Source of the DNA: Tubiluchus corallicola
Lineage: Eukaryota; Animalia; Priapulida
Direction: 5' to 3'
Assembly (NCBI GenBank): GCA_030141605.1
Contig: JAQGDQ010000004.1
Location: forward strand, 1,240,001-1,304,000
DNA length: 64,000 nt
Shown: piece by piece, positions 60,871 through 64,000 of the stretch
Position numbering within the stretch: the first letter of the stretch is position 1
Layout: every line of letters starts with the position of its first letter
Made by a program: the position numbers and the translations under genes
Notes under the pieces: model-generated
What the model saw: the letters and a program-made list of their open reading frames with translations, nothing else
Databases searched by the model: none
Told to the model about the DNA's origin: nothing

Positions 60871-61499
60871 AACGTAAGACTCTATCTTCATTTAAAAGGT
60901 ATCTCATTTATTCCTAACGGGCACGTCTTCAGTAGTCGTTTAGTTGAAACATGCAATTCAGTTGGATAGAAATATATATAAATTATAAGCGTTATGGTAT
61001 TATTAAAAAAGTCACACCATTTGGCATGTTTGGTTTATTTTACTGTTACCAACTTACCACTATATTTTAGCAAAATGTAACTGTCCCCACAATTTTATAT
61101 GTATTAAATTTTATTTTACAATTGTCACTAACAATTTCAAACTTTATTTTACAATTGTCACTAACAATTTATTTATATAGTCGAATTATAAATTTTTTAC
61201 ACAAGTGTTTTTATTCATTGATCGTAATTAATTTTTATATACATTTTGATGACCAACACTTTTACTGTACTAACATTTGGAGCTCCTTATGTCGCTGTCG
61301 TAAACTGGTAAAGTTTGTGACTTTGTGTATTTGATTTTCTTGTGCCTTGTTAGCGTTGGTTGCTCCAGCACTTTTAAATCTTTAATATTTTTTGTGCATT
61401 GTTATTTTGTTAAAAGAGCAAGTAAAATTCAATTCAATTGAAAATAAATTTGCATGGAAATCAATAATAACCTTTTTTTAAAATGAATGACATCGGTAG

Positions 61500-62100
61500 C
61501 AATTCGCATTGGTAAAACTGAGGCTGTGAAACAAGACGCAACCAATTGCCTGAGAAACTTCAATCTAAAAATAAATGATGCCAAAACAGAACAATACTAA
61601 ACGCAACGTGGCAGGAATATGTCTTGGAAGAGGTTAGCACTGAAGCTGACATACTATGCAAAAAATATCAGCCCCAGCTGCGCATTCTAAGATCACAAAC
61701 ATTTTTGAAAATCCGAATCTTACCATAGAAACTAAACTACATATTCTGTCAGCACTTGTAGAACATGTATTCTTGTATTATAATACTGAATTGTGGACAG
61801 TCAAAGTTGGCCAGAAGAATGAAATGATACCAAAGAAAATTTCAATTCAGGATTCACATGATTTAACAGAGAAGTAATGGAGCGAGCTCATACTTACTAT
61901 AGTATTATATCAAACGTAGATACCTGGGAAGAAACCAAGAAAAGGACAGCTGATCACACGTGTTCTAAAGAAAGACATTAGATACTCCACTTCATCTTAA
62001 AATGAATACTTGGCATGTGGCAGCAGATTGGGGACCACGGCATCAAATTATGGGTGCTGTGTTGCATAATGGAAGCACCTAGGATGATGATACAAAGAGA
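61500..62100 (+). mobile_element. Degenerate RTE-like LINE ORF2 3' remnant
   Basis: Broken frames give LRNFNLKINDAKTE (end of RT), NPNLTIETKLHILSALVEHVFLYYNTELWTVK and PGKKPRKGQL..LKKDI, the usual order at the RTE ORF2 C-terminus. Confidence 0.7.
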
Positions 62101-62899
62101 GAATACAAGCATATGCACTAAAGAAAACATTAGGTCAAAACCAAAGTACACATTATTGGGTTTTATTAATAGAAACTAATTAATTTAGCCAATGGAAAAA
62201 CGAATACAGTACAAAAAACTAATGTGGTACATTAATTTGCTGCACTCTGATGATAACCACCTAGCAAAATTAATACTGAAGGAGCAAATCTCAAGAGGAT
62301 ATCCAAAATGTTGGTATGAAGTATTAATGAAAATATATAGGGAAAGAAAATGAAATCGACATGAATAAAAATGAAATAGTAATGTTAAACACGGTTAACA
62401 TGGAAAAAAGCTAGTAAAGAAAGGTAAATGAGGAATACCAGCAAGCAATAGCAAATAAAACAAAGTTAAGGTTCTTAACATTAATTAGTGTAGAAAAGTG
62501 AATATATAATTCCAGTTGTAACTTACGAGATGTTGGTGCAATGAAATGTTGGTGTAATGTGTATAAATGCTGCACAAATGTGAAATAATGATATCATAAG
62601 ATGAATTTTAATTACATGTTAAAGAAAAAAATTACTTGGAATTATATATATATATATAACCTATAATGCTATGTAAATATGAACAAGATACAACAGAGCA
62701 TTTGATTGAAAGTAGAATGTAACAAGCAGGTGCCCATCCAGCTTAAATAGTGAAGTATTGAAACACTAAACCTGTACATTAAAGCAGCAATGGAATATCG
62801 AAAAGATATATGGGAGTAGAATGTTTAGAAGATGCAGAAGAATAACACCGAATCTGAAGTGTAAATCAAAACAGGAAAAAAATTCAGTGAATTGTGACC

Positions 62900-63360
62900 A
62901 CGCAGGCACTTTTTGTGCAGGCTTGTTCAACAGCAACGAAGAGGGTCCTGAGTAAGCACCAGTAAGCGCCAGACTTCGCTAAGGTGATGATGATGATGAT
63001 GCACGACTTGTAGTTTTTCAACTTTGTTTATTTCAAGTTTTGATTTTCCGTAGGTAAGCTGTGAAAAATTACAGGATTCTACGAAAAAATTAATTTTGCG
63101 AATGATTTGTGTTCTTTATTGCACGTTCAGTAGTTCACTCAGGACATGTGGTAGCACACACTTGCGTGTAAATTGATGATTTATGTTTTAACGCGTGCTG
63201 CAATTTGTTTCATTTGTTTTCTGTAATGTACAACTGCATTACATCAAGCACTAATAATAGTGATACTGATAGTAATATTTGGGGGAAAAAGCTAAGAGGA
63301 AGGCAGCTGATCACATATTTAGATTGCCTGAAGAAAGACTTACTAAATACTCCACTTGAA
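62900..63360 (+). mobile_element. LINE/SINE 3' tail with (TGA)n plus a second RTE-like fragment
   Basis: GC-richer segment ending AAGGTGATGATGATGATGATG (~62985-63001). 63281-63360 reads GKKLRGRQLITYLDCLKKDL, paralleling ~61925-61995. Confidence 0.5.
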
Positions 63361-63834
63361 TTAAACAACATAGACCACTGTTAAAAACAAATGAAATTTT
63401 TGGGAAATGCAGATTATTGAAATTTGCCATCATTGGTTGAGTTAGACATCTAGAATACTGTGTGCAGGCAGTGAAGTTTTGGAATCCTCATTAGGGAAAA
63501 GGTTATGGAAGGGATGCAAAGGCATGCTAGAAGGATAATATATGGTTGTAAAAATTTCATATTTAGAAAGTGTAGTATTAATATCTCAATTTGGCAACAC
63601 TTGAATTAAGAAGAAACAACTGAGATCTTGTTGAGGTTTATCTGAAAATTACTTTAATTTAGTTGTTGGTTAAAAATTAGAGGGCACAAGGTGTCCAATT
63701 TAGCTAAGCTGTGGAATTTAACTACACAAGAGTCTGTCCTGCAATTTAATGTGGAACCTGATTTTGGGTGTAGAGGGATAAAGGTACATTTTTAAAATAC
63801 TGTACTGCAATATAACCCACATATAATGAGGCCT

Positions 63835-64000
63835 GTTATAATGAACCTCTGGTTATTACGAGCAAGATTCAAATTATTGGCTTAAACAATATATATTTAA
63901 ACCTTACTTAATATCTCTGATATTAAGAGATCTTGCATTTTATGAAGTAATTTTACCACCCCGTGACTGCACTTCCCTTGCATATAACGAGTGTGAGTTC
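63835..64000 (+). repeat. Interspersed repeat related to 58855-59040, truncated by window end
   Basis: Same shared blocks as the 58855 copy. Confidence 0.6.

Noticed and set aside
295-61877. Most remaining 60-100 aa ORFs in the track
   Set aside because: Antisense or out-of-frame shadows of real exons, or chance ORFs in AT-rich introns and repeats, with no recognisable motifs.

Overview
AT-rich, intron-containing animal (invertebrate-like) nuclear DNA. I rebuilt five protein genes by hand from GT-AG junctions and frame continuity. (1) NNT, mitochondrial NAD(P) transhydrogenase, + strand, 15 coding exons, 1061 aa. (2) An SLC25A51/MCART1-type mitochondrial NAD+ carrier, - strand, single coding exon, tail-to-tail with NNT. 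(3) A very divergent SLC22A18-like MFS transporter, + strand, 9 coding exons, head-to-head with the carrier. (4) An unassigned PH-domain protein ending in a PDZ-binding-type motif, - strand. (5) NOP58, - strand, 15 exons, 554 aa, hosting a box C/D snoRNA whose 18S guide matches SNORD70. Introns and intergenic DNA carry many non-autonomous DNA elements (hAT, Kolobok-like, Tigger-like, Harbinger-like, Helitron-like) plus CR1 and RTE LINE remnants. The most interesting leads are the adjacency of two mitochondrial NAD genes plus an orphan transporter, the conserved NOP58-SNORD70 pairing, and a possible uORF/alternative-acceptor switch on the NAD+ carrier. All homology calls come from recognised motifs, not database searches.
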